64,000 nt of DNA, taken from assembly GCF_041440645.1 (NCBI RefSeq), contig NZ_JASDVN010000047.1, forward strand, positions 2,660 to 66,659. The letters run 5' to 3'. Of the stretch, positions 50,192 through 58,317 are shown one piece after another; position 1 is the first letter of the stretch; the number at the start of each line of letters is the position of its first letter. The notes under the pieces are model-generated. The model worked only from the letters and a program-made list of their open reading frames with translations, did no database searches and was not told the origin of the DNA. The position numbers and the translations under genes were made by a program. The stretch is from Flaviflexus sp. Lineage in GTDB: Bacteria > Actinomycetota > Actinomycetes > Actinomycetales > Actinomycetaceae.

Positions 50192-50230
50192 GCGGAATCA
50201 AGGGATTGGGATTTGGGGAGTCGCCAGGGC

Positions 50231-51052
50231 CTAGGCTCGTGCCTCGCCCTCACCATCGGTCACAGAGTGGAGGAGCGATAGTGCCTCGTCGTGAAGCATG
50301 CCATTGGTAGCGAAGGCGTTGCCGCCGCCGGGGCCGGGTGCGCCATCAACCGAGGTGAACGTGCCTCCGGCCTCCTGGACGATCGGCACCAGCGCCGCCA
50401 TGTCGTACAGTTCAAGATCGGGCTCGCAGGCAATGTCGACTGCGCCCTCGGCGAGGAGCATGTAGGACCAGAAGTCACCGTAGGCCCTGTTCCTCCAGCA
50501 TTCTTGTGCGAGGCGAAGGAAACCGCGCAGCTGGCCTCGTTCCGCCCATCCGCTCATCGACGAGTAGGACAGGGACGCATCCTCGACCTTGCTGACTTCG
50601 GACACGTGGATCTGTTTCGCGTTCGTCCAGTTGCGGCCCGTGAAGGCGCCAAGTCCCTTGCCGGCCCACCAGCGCCTGTGCAGAGCGGGGGCTGAGACGA
50701 TACCCATGACGATCTCGCCCTCTTCCTCCAGGGCCAGGAGGGTTGCCCACACGGGCACGCCACGAACGAAGTTGCGGGTCCCGTCAATCGGGTCAATGAT
50801 CCAGCGCCTCGACGCCGTGCCGGACTCACCCTCCTCCTCACCGAGGATGGCGTCCCGGGACCGGGAGCGACCAAGCATGGAACGAATCATCTGTTCGGCA
50901 GCAACATCGATCTCGGTTACTTCCGTGTTGTCCGGCTTCGTGCGGACCGTGAAGTCCTGAGCCTGGAACCGGGGGAGCGTCAGTGCATCCACCTGATCGA
51001 TGATGGCGGTGGCGAAACTCAGATCGTCGCCGATGCGGTTAAGAGATGGCAT
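50231..51052 (-). CDS. hisN: Inositol monophosphatase-family protein, probably histidinol-phosphatase
   Basis: IMPase motifs (EEEG, WIIDPIDGTRNF, WDMAALVPIV). Length and N-terminus are typical of actinobacterial HisN. Confidence 0.75.
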   Translation of the reverse strand: MPSLNRIGDDLSFATAIIDQVDALTLPRFQAQDFTVRTKPDNTEVTEIDVAAEQMIRSMLGRSRSRDAILGEEEGESGTASRRWIIDPIDGTRNFVRGVPVWATLLALEEEGEIVMGIVSAPALHRRWWAGKGLGAFTGRNWTNAKQIHVSEVSKVEDASLSYSSMSGWAERGQLRGFLRLAQECWRNRAYGDFWSYMLLAEGAVDIACEPDLELYDMAALVPIVQEAGGTFTSVDGAPGPGGGNAFATNGMLHDEALSLLHSVTDGEGEARA

Positions 51053-51239
51053 GCCACTACATTACGTCAGAAACCCGCCAGCAGAGCCCAACGCCAAGGG
51101 ACGAAACACGAAGGTGCAGAACACGAGCCAATGCGCCATACCAAGATCAGAAGGGTCGTGAAACGCCCCGGTCGCGCACGAAAGGATGTGGCCCGACTGT
51201 GAGCGATATGCGGCCCGGTGGCGCGACTAAAGAAAGGGA

Positions 51240-51269
51240 TGAGGCAAAGGCCCGCACGTGACGCGGACC
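51240..51269 (-). terminator. Hairpin terminator after rsgA
   Basis: Minus strand reads GGTCCGC-GTCACGT-GCGGGCC (7 bp including one G-U) followed by TTTGCC. Confidence 0.45.
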
Positions 51270-51275
51270 TTCGAG

Positions 51276-52283
51276 CTAGAACTGCTCGGCGTTGTGGCGG
51301 GCCTCGAGAAGCCTGCGGTAGGAGGCGACTCGAAGTGCGGTGCTACCAGTAGCGGTGTCGAGCTCGCACTCGGGTTCCGTTTCAGCGTGGGTGCACCCGC
51401 GCGGGCACTCCTCGGCGAGCTCCATGAGATCCGGGAACGCCTTGATCAGGGTGTTGGGTTCAACGTGGGCGAGCCCGAAGGAACGCACGCCCGGGGTGTC
51501 AACAATGATTCCGCCGTCCTCAAGATCGAAGGCGATCGCGGAGGAGGACGTGTGGCGGCCCCGGCCGGTCACGGCATTGACGGAACCGGTTGCGCGATCG
51601 GCGTCGGGCACGAGGGCGTTGATGAGGGTGGACTTGCCAACTCCCGAGTGGCCAACGAGAACGGAAATGGAGTCGGTGACCTCCTCGGCCACGATGTCGA
51701 CGCCATCGTGGCCGGTTTCCTCGTTGATCGAGGTGGCAAGCACCTTGAGGTTGAGGTCCCGGTAGTGGTCGAGCAGGGGAGCGGGGTCGGCCAGATCCGA
51801 CTTCGTCAGCACCAGGACCGGCTCCATCCCGCCGTCGTAGGCCGCGACGAGGCACCGGTCGATCATGCCGGTGCGGGGCTCCGGCTGCGCCAGAGCCGTA
51901 ATGATGAGGAGCTTGTCGGCGTTCGCAACGATGACCCGCTCATTTCCGGCGGCTTCGCCTTCCTCAGCGGTTCTTCTCAGCGAGGAGGTGCGGTCGAGAA
52001 CGCGGACGATGCGGGCGAGGGTGTCCTTCTTGCCGGAGGTGTCACCGACGACCGAGACGCGGTCGCCAACGGCGATGGCGCCACGACCAAGCTCGCGTGC
52101 CTTGACCGCGACCACGGCCGTACCTGCCTCCTCAAGAACGAGGTGATAGCGGCCGCGGTCGACCCGATAGACGCGAGCGGTGAGGGCGTTCCCAAAGTCG
52201 GGACGAATCTTTGTCCGGGGTCGAGAGCCGCGCCTGTTGGGGCGGACCTTGACCCGAGGATCATCCGTTCCGGTATCTCTCAT
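51276..52283 (-). CDS. rsgA: Ribosome small-subunit-dependent GTPase A
   Basis: Circularly permuted GTPase (LTKSDL, GHSGVGKSTLINAL, DTPG) and a C-terminal zinc knuckle (CPRGCTHAETEPEC). Confidence 0.93.
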   Translation of the reverse strand: MRDTGTDDPRVKVRPNRRGSRPRTKIRPDFGNALTARVYRVDRGRYHLVLEEAGTAVVAVKARELGRGAIAVGDRVSVVGDTSGKKDTLARIVRVLDRTSSLRRTAEEGEAAGNERVIVANADKLLIITALAQPEPRTGMIDRCLVAAYDGGMEPVLVLTKSDLADPAPLLDHYRDLNLKVLATSINEETGHDGVDIVAEEVTDSISVLVGHSGVGKSTLINALVPDADRATGSVNAVTGRGRHTSSSAIAFDLEDGGIIVDTPGVRSFGLAHVEPNTLIKAFPDLMELAEECPRGCTHAETEPECELDTATGSTALRVASYRRLLEARHNAEQF

Positions 52284-53545
52284 ACGAGGTCAGCCCACAT
52301 GGTCGGGAACTCGGGAAGGGTCTTTGAGGTGCAGGCGATGTCGCGGACGGAGATGCCCGGGACCTTCAAACCCAGGATCGCGCCGAAGGTCGCCATCCGG
52401 TGGTCCTCGTAGGATTCGACAACGCCACCGTGCAACGGGGCGGGCTCAATGTAGAGTCCGTCGCGGGTCTCAACGCACCTGCCACCGAGCTTGGTGATCT
52501 CGGTGGAGATGGCGGCAAGGCGGTCGGTCTCGTGCCCGCGCAGGTGCGCGATCCCGCTGAGGCGGGTCGGGCTATCCGCGAGCGCGGCGATGGCCGCAAC
52601 CGTGGGAGCTAGCTCGCCACATTCCGACATGTCCAGGTCGATGCCGCGCAGCTTGCCGGTTCCAGTCACGGTCATGACACCATCCTCGAGGGAACTCGTG
52701 GCACCCATCTGCTCCAGAATCGGAATGATGTGTGCACCGCCCTGAGTGGTTGTGTTGGGCCAGTGAGGAACGGACACGCTACCACCCGTCACGGCTGCGG
52801 CCGCGAGGAACGGGGAGGCGTTCGACAGATCCGGTTCGATCACGACGTGACCGGGGTGCAAGCTGGCGGGAGCGACCGTGAACGAGATGGGATCCGACGT
52901 GGTCTCGATGGTGGCGCCAGCGCGGCGCAGAGCACCGATCGTCATCTCCACGTGCGGCAGCGAGGGGACCTCGTTGCCCGTCAGGTTGATGGTCAGCCCC
53001 GCGGGGAGCTGGGATCCGACGAGCAGGAGTGCCGTGATGAACTGGGACGAACCCGAGGAGTCGATCGTGACGGAGTTGCCTGTGACGGGACCCGTGACCG
53101 TGAGCGGCAGGGTGCGGCCCTTCGAGCCCTGGCCCGCCTCGATGGTGGCGCCGAGTTGCTCAAGAGCGTCAAGCACGGGCTCAATCGGGCGCGCGTACAT
53201 GGCCTTGTCGCCATCGAAGCTGACGGGACAATCGGCAAGCACGGAGGCCGCCACAAGGAACCGATAGACGGTGCCGGCGAGACCAACATCGATGCTTGTT
53301 CCGTGCAGGGGGCCGGGAGTGATCGACAGGGTGCTGCTGTCACCCGCGATCTCCACTCCCATGCTCTGCAAGGCTGTGATCATGAGATCGGTGTCGCGTG
53401 AGCGCAACGCGCCCTCGATCGTGGAGGGCTCCGCTGCAAGTGCTGAGATCACAAGCTGTCGGGCCGTCAGCGACTTAGACCCGGGAACAGCAACGAGCCC
53501 GTGAACCGGTGATTCCCTGTGAGGGGCCGGCCACGGGTCGTGCAG
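52280..53545 (-). CDS. aroA: 3-phosphoshikimate 1-carboxyvinyltransferase (EPSP synthase), start codon unresolved
   Basis: The ORF track starts at GTG 53452 (VISALAAEP). The same frame stays open upstream and encodes WPAPHRESPVHGLVAVPGSKSLTARQL, the conserved AroA N-terminus. The only plausible initiator upstream is CTG 53545. The in-frame stop is at 53602-53600. Confidence 0.85.
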   Translation of the reverse strand: MHDPWPAPHRESPVHGLVAVPGSKSLTARQLVISALAAEPSTIEGALRSRDTDLMITALQSMGVEIAGDSSTLSITPGPLHGTSIDVGLAGTVYRFLVAASVLADCPVSFDGDKAMYARPIEPVLDALEQLGATIEAGQGSKGRTLPLTVTGPVTGNSVTIDSSGSSQFITALLLVGSQLPAGLTINLTGNEVPSLPHVEMTIGALRRAGATIETTSDPISFTVAPASLHPGHVVIEPDLSNASPFLAAAAVTGGSVSVPHWPNTTTQGGAHIIPILEQMGATSSLEDGVMTVTGTGKLRGIDLDMSECGELAPTVAAIAALADSPTRLSGIAHLRGHETDRLAAISTEITKLGGRCVETRDGLYIEPAPLHGGVVESYEDHRMATFGAILGLKVPGISVRDIACTSKTLPEFPTMWADLV

Positions 53546-53559
53546 TGAAGAATTGGTGC

Positions 53560-54108
53560 TTAGGACTTTGCCTTCTCCTTGGCCTTGGCAATCTTTTCCT
53601 CAAGTTTAGCCTTTTGCTCATCGAGGCGGAGTTCGTAGTCATCCGCGAGAGCGTGGAGGTCTTCCTTGTGTGCACGGTTGTTCTCGAGGCGCCATCCCAG
53701 TGACGGCTTGCCGCGGCGGTCACCTGCGGCAACGAGTGCGCCGCCCGCGAGACCAATGGAACCAACGATACCGGCGAGGTGCTGCTTGCGCTCGTCACCC
53801 TCGGAAAGCCACACGGGGTTCTTCACCGCGCCAATGGCGAGCTCGGTTGCGGCCAGCGTCAGTGCGGCAACGCGGGGCTTCTTACCGAGAGCCATGCCGA
53901 CGCCCGCGACAATGCGGACGGCGCCAACTGCACGTGTCAGGGTCGTGATCGTGCCGGCAGATAGAGCGCCAACTCCGACCTGCTCGAGAGTCGGGTTAAC
54001 GCGCTCGACGGTTTCGACGTGATCGGGGGCGTTGCGAACAGCGTCCACACCGGAAGCGATGAACGGAGCGGCAAGTAGGGGTCGGGCCAATGCTGTGATG
54101 ATACTCAT
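53560..54108 (-). CDS. DoxX-like membrane protein with a C-terminal Lys/Glu-rich coiled-coil tail
   Basis: 182 aa from ATG 54108, which follows GGAG. TM-rich core (ARPLLAAPFIASGVDAV) and tail DEQKAKLEEKIAKAKEKAKS. Confidence 0.55.
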   Translation of the reverse strand: MSIITALARPLLAAPFIASGVDAVRNAPDHVETVERVNPTLEQVGVGALSAGTITTLTRAVGAVRIVAGVGMALGKKPRVAALTLAATELAIGAVKNPVWLSEGDERKQHLAGIVGSIGLAGGALVAAGDRRGKPSLGWRLENNRAHKEDLHALADDYELRLDEQKAKLEEKIAKAKEKAKS

Positions 54109-54384
54109 GACTCCATTGTTTACCAGACGAGACAAAAATTAAACTGGAAAACCCAATTCCGCTCAGAGGGAAGTGGTGCAAGAGCGCGGAGAAGAGGTGC
54201 GAGCATCCCACAAGGGAGTACAGAAACTCTCGGAGTCACCGACCTCACTGACCGCGGGATCTTGTTCCTCAGCGCGTTCGGCATCGAGTAATGGGGCGTT
54301 GCGAATGGCGGGTCAGACGAGGCGCGCCGATCCGAGCATGGCCGCCTCTTGGTTCGCGGGGGCTTGGGGCGATAGAAAAGACCT

Positions 54385-55140
54385 ATGAAGATTGTTATTC
54401 GGGAAAGCGCCGATGAGGCGTCGAAGATCGCAGCAGACCACATCATCGAGCGCGCCACCCCGGGCATGAAGCTGGGTGTGGCCACCGGCTCCAGCCCGCT
54501 CCCGCTCTACAAGTACCTGCGTGAGGCACGCAAGGCGGAGACCTTCTCCCTGCGCGGGTGCACCGCGTGGGCACTCGATGAGTACGTCGGCATTGCCGAG
54601 GACCACCCCGAGCGCTACCGCAACGTCCTCCACCGCGAACTCGTTGGAGACGAAGCAACCGGATTGTTCGACGAAGATCTCCACACCCCGAACGGTCTTG
54701 CGGAGCACTCGGACGCTGCGGCCGCCGAATACGACCGCGAAATCGGCGCGGGTGTCGACATTCAGATCCTCGGGGTGGGACAGAACGGCCACATTGGGTT
54801 CAACGAGCCCCTCAGTTCCCTGTCCTCCCGCACTCACGTCGATGTCCTGACCGACACCACACGACAGGACAATGCGCGGTTCTTCGAGAACAACATGGAC
54901 CTGGTTCCCACCCAGTGCATCACGCAGGGACTGGGCACGATCATGTCAGCCAAGGACATCGTCGTCCTCGCCTTCGGTGAGAACAAAGCTGAGGCACTGC
55001 ACCAGCTCATGGAGGGAGGAGTCAGCCAGCGCTGGCCCGCCACCATCCTCCAGCACCACTCCAGCGTCACCGTCTACGCGGACGAAGCGGCAGTCGCTAA
55101 CCTCGAGCTGCTCGACTACTACCGTTCGATCAGCGGATAG
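54385..55140 (+). CDS. nagB: Glucosamine-6-phosphate deaminase
   Basis: LGVATGSSPLPLY and ILGVGQNGHIGFNEP motifs. Confidence 0.92.
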   Translation: MKIVIRESADEASKIAADHIIERATPGMKLGVATGSSPLPLYKYLREARKAETFSLRGCTAWALDEYVGIAEDHPERYRNVLHRELVGDEATGLFDEDLHTPNGLAEHSDAAAAEYDREIGAGVDIQILGVGQNGHIGFNEPLSSLSSRTHVDVLTDTTRQDNARFFENNMDLVPTQCITQGLGTIMSAKDIVVLAFGENKAEALHQLMEGGVSQRWPATILQHHSSVTVYADEAAVANLELLDYYRSISG

Positions 55141-55247
55141 TCGCTCCTTCACGCCGAATCTGCTCCGCCAGAGCAAAGAACACGTGCGCGTGATCCTTTC
55201 TCACCACCCATGGGCCTGATCCCCTTTTTTTGAAGGCGAAGAGAAGA

Positions 55248-56393
55248 ATGGAAACACTGACCGCCACGGTGGTGGACGCTACCGGCACCGTCATTGGCTC
55301 CAGCATCACGATCGAGAACGGGCTCGTCGTCGAGATCGGCCCGCCCCATGGTCAGGGCGCGCTGTGTGCCCCATTTTTCTTCCCGGGATTTGTTGACCTG
55401 CACTGCCACGGCGGTGGGGGAGTCTCCTTCCCCGACGATCTCGATGCCGACGACATCGATCGTGGGGCTCTCACCCACCACAGGGAAGGAACAACCCATC
55501 TGGTTGCGTCCCTCGTGTCCGCGGTTGATCCGATTCCTGCGATTCGGGCGCTCGCGGAGGCGTGCGAGCGAGGCACGTTCATCGGCATTCACCTCGAGGG
55601 GCCTTACATCAGCCCCAGTAAGGCGGGTGCGCAGAACCCTGCCGCGATCCGGCCCATCGACCTGGATGAACTACGGGCGTGGCTAAGCGAGGGGCGTGGC
55701 TGGATCAAGACCATGACTCTTGCCCCGGAACGTGAGAACGCATCGAGAGCCGCGGAGCTGCTCCTCGAGAATGGTGCGATCCCTTCGTGGGGGCATACGA
55801 ACGCGTCGAGTGAGCAGACCACTTCGGCAATCTCATCCGCCGTCGAGACCGCAGGGCATCGGCCGGCCCAGACCGCAACCCACCTGTTCAATGCGATGCC
55901 GGGACTGAACCATCGTCAACCCGGTCCCGTGCGGGAGTTCCTCCACGCCGCCAAGCGGGGCGACCTCGTGGTCGAGATCATTGGCGACGGCATTCATGTG
56001 GCAACCGACCTGGTTGCCGATCTGCTCACCTACCTGGACCATCCAACCGAACCTGGTGCGGCACTCGTGACCGATGCTCTCGCGTGCGCGGGGATGCCGA
56101 ACGGCGACTACGTGCTGGGTGGCATGGCGGTGACGATGATCGATGGAACGGCCACATTGACTGGCACGTCGACCATCGCCGGCGGTGGAACGACACTCGG
56201 TCGGCAGGTGTCACAGTTGCTTCACGCAGGCGTGGGAGCCGACGTTCTGGCGCGAGCTACGATGCTGGCGCCCTCGCGTGCGCTGAACATCGCACCACCT
56301 GCCCCACCCACGCTTTTAAAGCCACTAACAGGGGCTCTGGTCGATGGGGAGAGTGTTCGCGCGTGGCGTGACGGCTTCAGCTATGGGAATTAA
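55248..56393 (+). CDS. nagA: N-acetylglucosamine-6-phosphate deacetylase
   Basis: Amidohydrolase metal motif GFVDLHCHGGGG, HLEGPYIS and ATHLFNAM. The start may instead be TTG 55230. Confidence 0.9.
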   Translation: METLTATVVDATGTVIGSSITIENGLVVEIGPPHGQGALCAPFFFPGFVDLHCHGGGGVSFPDDLDADDIDRGALTHHREGTTHLVASLVSAVDPIPAIRALAEACERGTFIGIHLEGPYISPSKAGAQNPAAIRPIDLDELRAWLSEGRGWIKTMTLAPERENASRAAELLLENGAIPSWGHTNASSEQTTSAISSAVETAGHRPAQTATHLFNAMPGLNHRQPGPVREFLHAAKRGDLVVEIIGDGIHVATDLVADLLTYLDHPTEPGAALVTDALACAGMPNGDYVLGGMAVTMIDGTATLTGTSTIAGGGTTLGRQVSQLLHAGVGADVLARATMLAPSRALNIAPPAPPTLLKPLTGALVDGESVRAWRDGFSYGN

Positions 56394-56411
56394 AGGCGGA
56401 TCGGGGTCGTT
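56386..56411 (+). promoter_or_regulatory. SigH/SigR-type (ECF, redox-stress) promoter upstream of sigH
   Basis: GGAAT (56386-56390), then 18 nt, then GTT (56409-56411). This matches the published GGAAT-N18-GTT consensus. It lies 27 nt upstream of the sigH ATG and overlaps the nagA stop codon. Confidence 0.6.
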
Positions 56412-56437
56412 CCCACTGCGAAAACTAAAACGGTAGT

Positions 56438-57055
56438 ATGGGACAGATGACAGAGGAAGTTAACCGGGCGCCGGTCGAGGAGACAGATCAGGAGCGACGC
56501 GAACGTTTCGAACGGGACGCGTTGCCCTTCCTTGACCAGCTCTATGGCGCCGCCATGCGGTTGACGAGGAACCCCGCCGACGCCGAGGATCTCGTTCAAG
56601 AGACCTACGCGAAGGCATACAGCTCCTTCCACCAGTTCAAGGAAGGCACGAACCTTCGGGCGTGGATGTACCGAATCCTCAACAACACCTTCATCTCCTC
56701 CTACCGCAAGAAGCAGCGAGAACCGCAGAAATCTGATGCTGGTGAGCTGGAAGATTGGCAGATGCTTGAGGCATCGACTCACGAAGCCCAGGGGATGCGC
56801 TCCGCCGAAACCGAGGCCATGAGCGCGCTCCCGGACGAAGAAATCAAGGAAGCTCTCGCGGCCCTCCCGGAGGACCGCAGGCTCGCCGTGTACCTGGCTG
56901 ACGTGGAGGGATTTGCGTACAAAGAAATCGCCTCCATCCTCGAGATCCCGCTCGGTACCGTCATGTCGCGACTTCACCGCGGCAGGTCCCAGCTTCGTGA
57001 ACTCCTTGCTCAGTACGCTGCCGAAAGAGGATATGCCACGGAGGCGAAGGTATGA
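56438..57055 (+). CDS. sigH: ECF RNA polymerase sigma factor SigH/SigR
   Basis: Region 2 ([27 protein letters not shown]) and region 4 ([33 protein letters not shown]). Followed by a ZAS anti-sigma gene. Confidence 0.9.
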   Translation: MGQMTEEVNRAPVEETDQERRERFERDALPFLDQLYGAAMRLTRNPADAEDLVQETYAKAYSSFHQFKEGTNLRAWMYRILNNTFISSYRKKQREPQKSDAGELEDWQMLEASTHEAQGMRSAETEAMSALPDEEIKEALAALPEDRRLAVYLADVEGFAYKEIASILEIPLGTVMSRLHRGRSQLRELLAQYAAERGYATEAKV

Positions 57056-57321
57056 AGAACATCAATGACGTCGCACGAGAACTTGGTGCAGACCTGCCGG
57101 AGTGCACCTGCGAAGAGGTCCGTGATCACCTGTTTGAGCTCCTCGATCGGGAGATGACCGAGGAGCAGGAGGAGCGCCTGCGTGCACACGCAGAGAACTG
57201 CCCCGACTGCACCGAGGCCGCGGAGGCCGAGAAGCACATGAGGGAAGTCATTAAGCGCTCCTGCACCGAGTCCGCTCCCGACTCGCTTCGTGCCAAAGTC
57301 GTCACCGATCTCACCCGCTAG
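57052..57321 (+). CDS. rshA: Zinc-binding anti-sigma factor (ZAS family, RshA/RsrA-like)
   Basis: N-terminal Cys (CTCEEV) plus the HxxxCxxC motif (HAENCPDC). ATG overlaps the sigH stop. Confidence 0.88.
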   Translation: MKNINDVARELGADLPECTCEEVRDHLFELLDREMTEEQEERLRAHAENCPDCTEAAEAEKHMREVIKRSCTESAPDSLRAKVVTDLTR

Positions 57322-57394
57322 TTTCCCCGGACACCTTCGGTTCAAAATTCTCGGCATGATAGCATGTCACATGTTGTTTAACTGAGGAGGAACC

Positions 57395-57469
57395 ATGTCC
57401 CGTCGTGGTCGTAAGCGCAGGTCGCGCAAGAAGAACGCAGCTAATCACGGCAAGCGTCCAAACGCATAA
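57395..57469 (+). CDS. 50S ribosomal protein bL37 (actinobacterial micro-protein), 24 aa
   Basis: ATG is 4 nt after GAGGAGG. Translation is MSRRGRKRRSRKKNAANHGKRPNA. The C-terminal ANHGKRPN signature matches bL37 as I recall it. Too short for the ORF track. Confidence 0.8.
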   Translation: MSRRGRKRRSRKKNAANHGKRPNA

Positions 57470-57563
57470 AGTGAATAGCGTTGCATGGCCGTTCCCTTTT
57501 GGGTGCGGCCATGTCCACACCAACCGCGGTTTTGCGCCCATTCCGGGCCGTTAAGGAGAGACG

Positions 57564-58121
57564 TTGTCGACAAGTGTTCCTGACTTTGCTGGTCGGATTT
57601 CCCGCATCGCGCAGCAGCGCGGCAAGTGCTGGGGACTCGCAATTGACCTGTGGGAAGGTAAGGAATCTTTCCTCATCTCCATACGCGATGGTGAGTTCGG
57701 CGAATTTATGAGGGAGTACTTCCAGGAGATCGGCCAGGAATCCCTCGCGCACGGCGCCCTCATGAGCCTTGACGTGTACTCCCGTGGCGCACGCAGGCGC
57801 ACGGTTGAGGACGACCTCACGTCCTTCCTTGCCGATCACGAAACCCTTCTCGAAGGTAAGCCCTTCTACGACGACCTCGTCACCATGAGGGACCTGTGCC
57901 GCAGGGAATCAGCAGCTTGGGCTGCGGGCGATGTCAATCTTGGTCGTGACTGCCGCAAGCAGGAATTCGAAATCCTTGAAGGCGAGTTCGAAATGAGCCT
58001 CGTCGGCCTGCTCTCCAAGAACATTGAGGTCGCCAAGTCCCACGTGTGGCGCACCCTCTCCCGAATCTTCCTCATCTTCCTGGCCACGGAAACCGGACAC
58101 CAGTCCTCCCTGCAGAACTAG
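57564..58121 (+). CDS. Hypothetical protein (185 aa), no recognisable family
   Basis: TTG start 5 nt after AAGGAGAG, coding-like codon bias, followed by a strong terminator. Overlapping minus-strand ORFs look non-coding. Confidence 0.6.
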   Translation: MSTSVPDFAGRISRIAQQRGKCWGLAIDLWEGKESFLISIRDGEFGEFMREYFQEIGQESLAHGALMSLDVYSRGARRRTVEDDLTSFLADHETLLEGKPFYDDLVTMRDLCRRESAAWAAGDVNLGRDCRKQEFEILEGEFEMSLVGLLSKNIEVAKSHVWRTLSRIFLIFLATETGHQSSLQN

Positions 58122-58192
58122 GATCCCCATTCGCGGGACCGTCACCCTCAACCGGGAGGTCCAGGCAACCGGATCCCGTCCGATTCAATGTG

Positions 58193-58228
58193 AAACCCCC
58201 TGGGCGTTAGCCGAGGGGGTTTGCTTTT
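58193..58228 (+). terminator. Rho-independent terminator
   Basis: AAACCCCCT/AGGGGGTTT: 9-bp stem, 12-nt loop, tail GCTTTTC. Confidence 0.75.
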
Positions 58229-58317
58229 CAGCGCCGATCTTCAGCCGAACGTATCAGAGAGTAACGACACCGAGAATCAGGACCGAGTACCAGTGTCGAA
58301 TACTGGATGCGCTCAGG

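Noticed and set aside
50041-50256. 71-aa minus-strand ORF encoding a DH(R/G/K)L hexapeptide repeat.
   Set aside because: The open frame is a by-product of the 18-bp DNA repeat. It starts inside the 3' end of hisN in another frame and has no SD.
54136-54384. 249-bp divergent region upstream of nagB, examined for a DasR/NagR-type operator (dre-like ACTGGTCTAGACCACT) or a small RNA.
   Set aside because: There is only a weak half-site-like match (AAACTGGAAAACCC). No palindrome, terminator or convincing structure is present, so evidence is insufficient.
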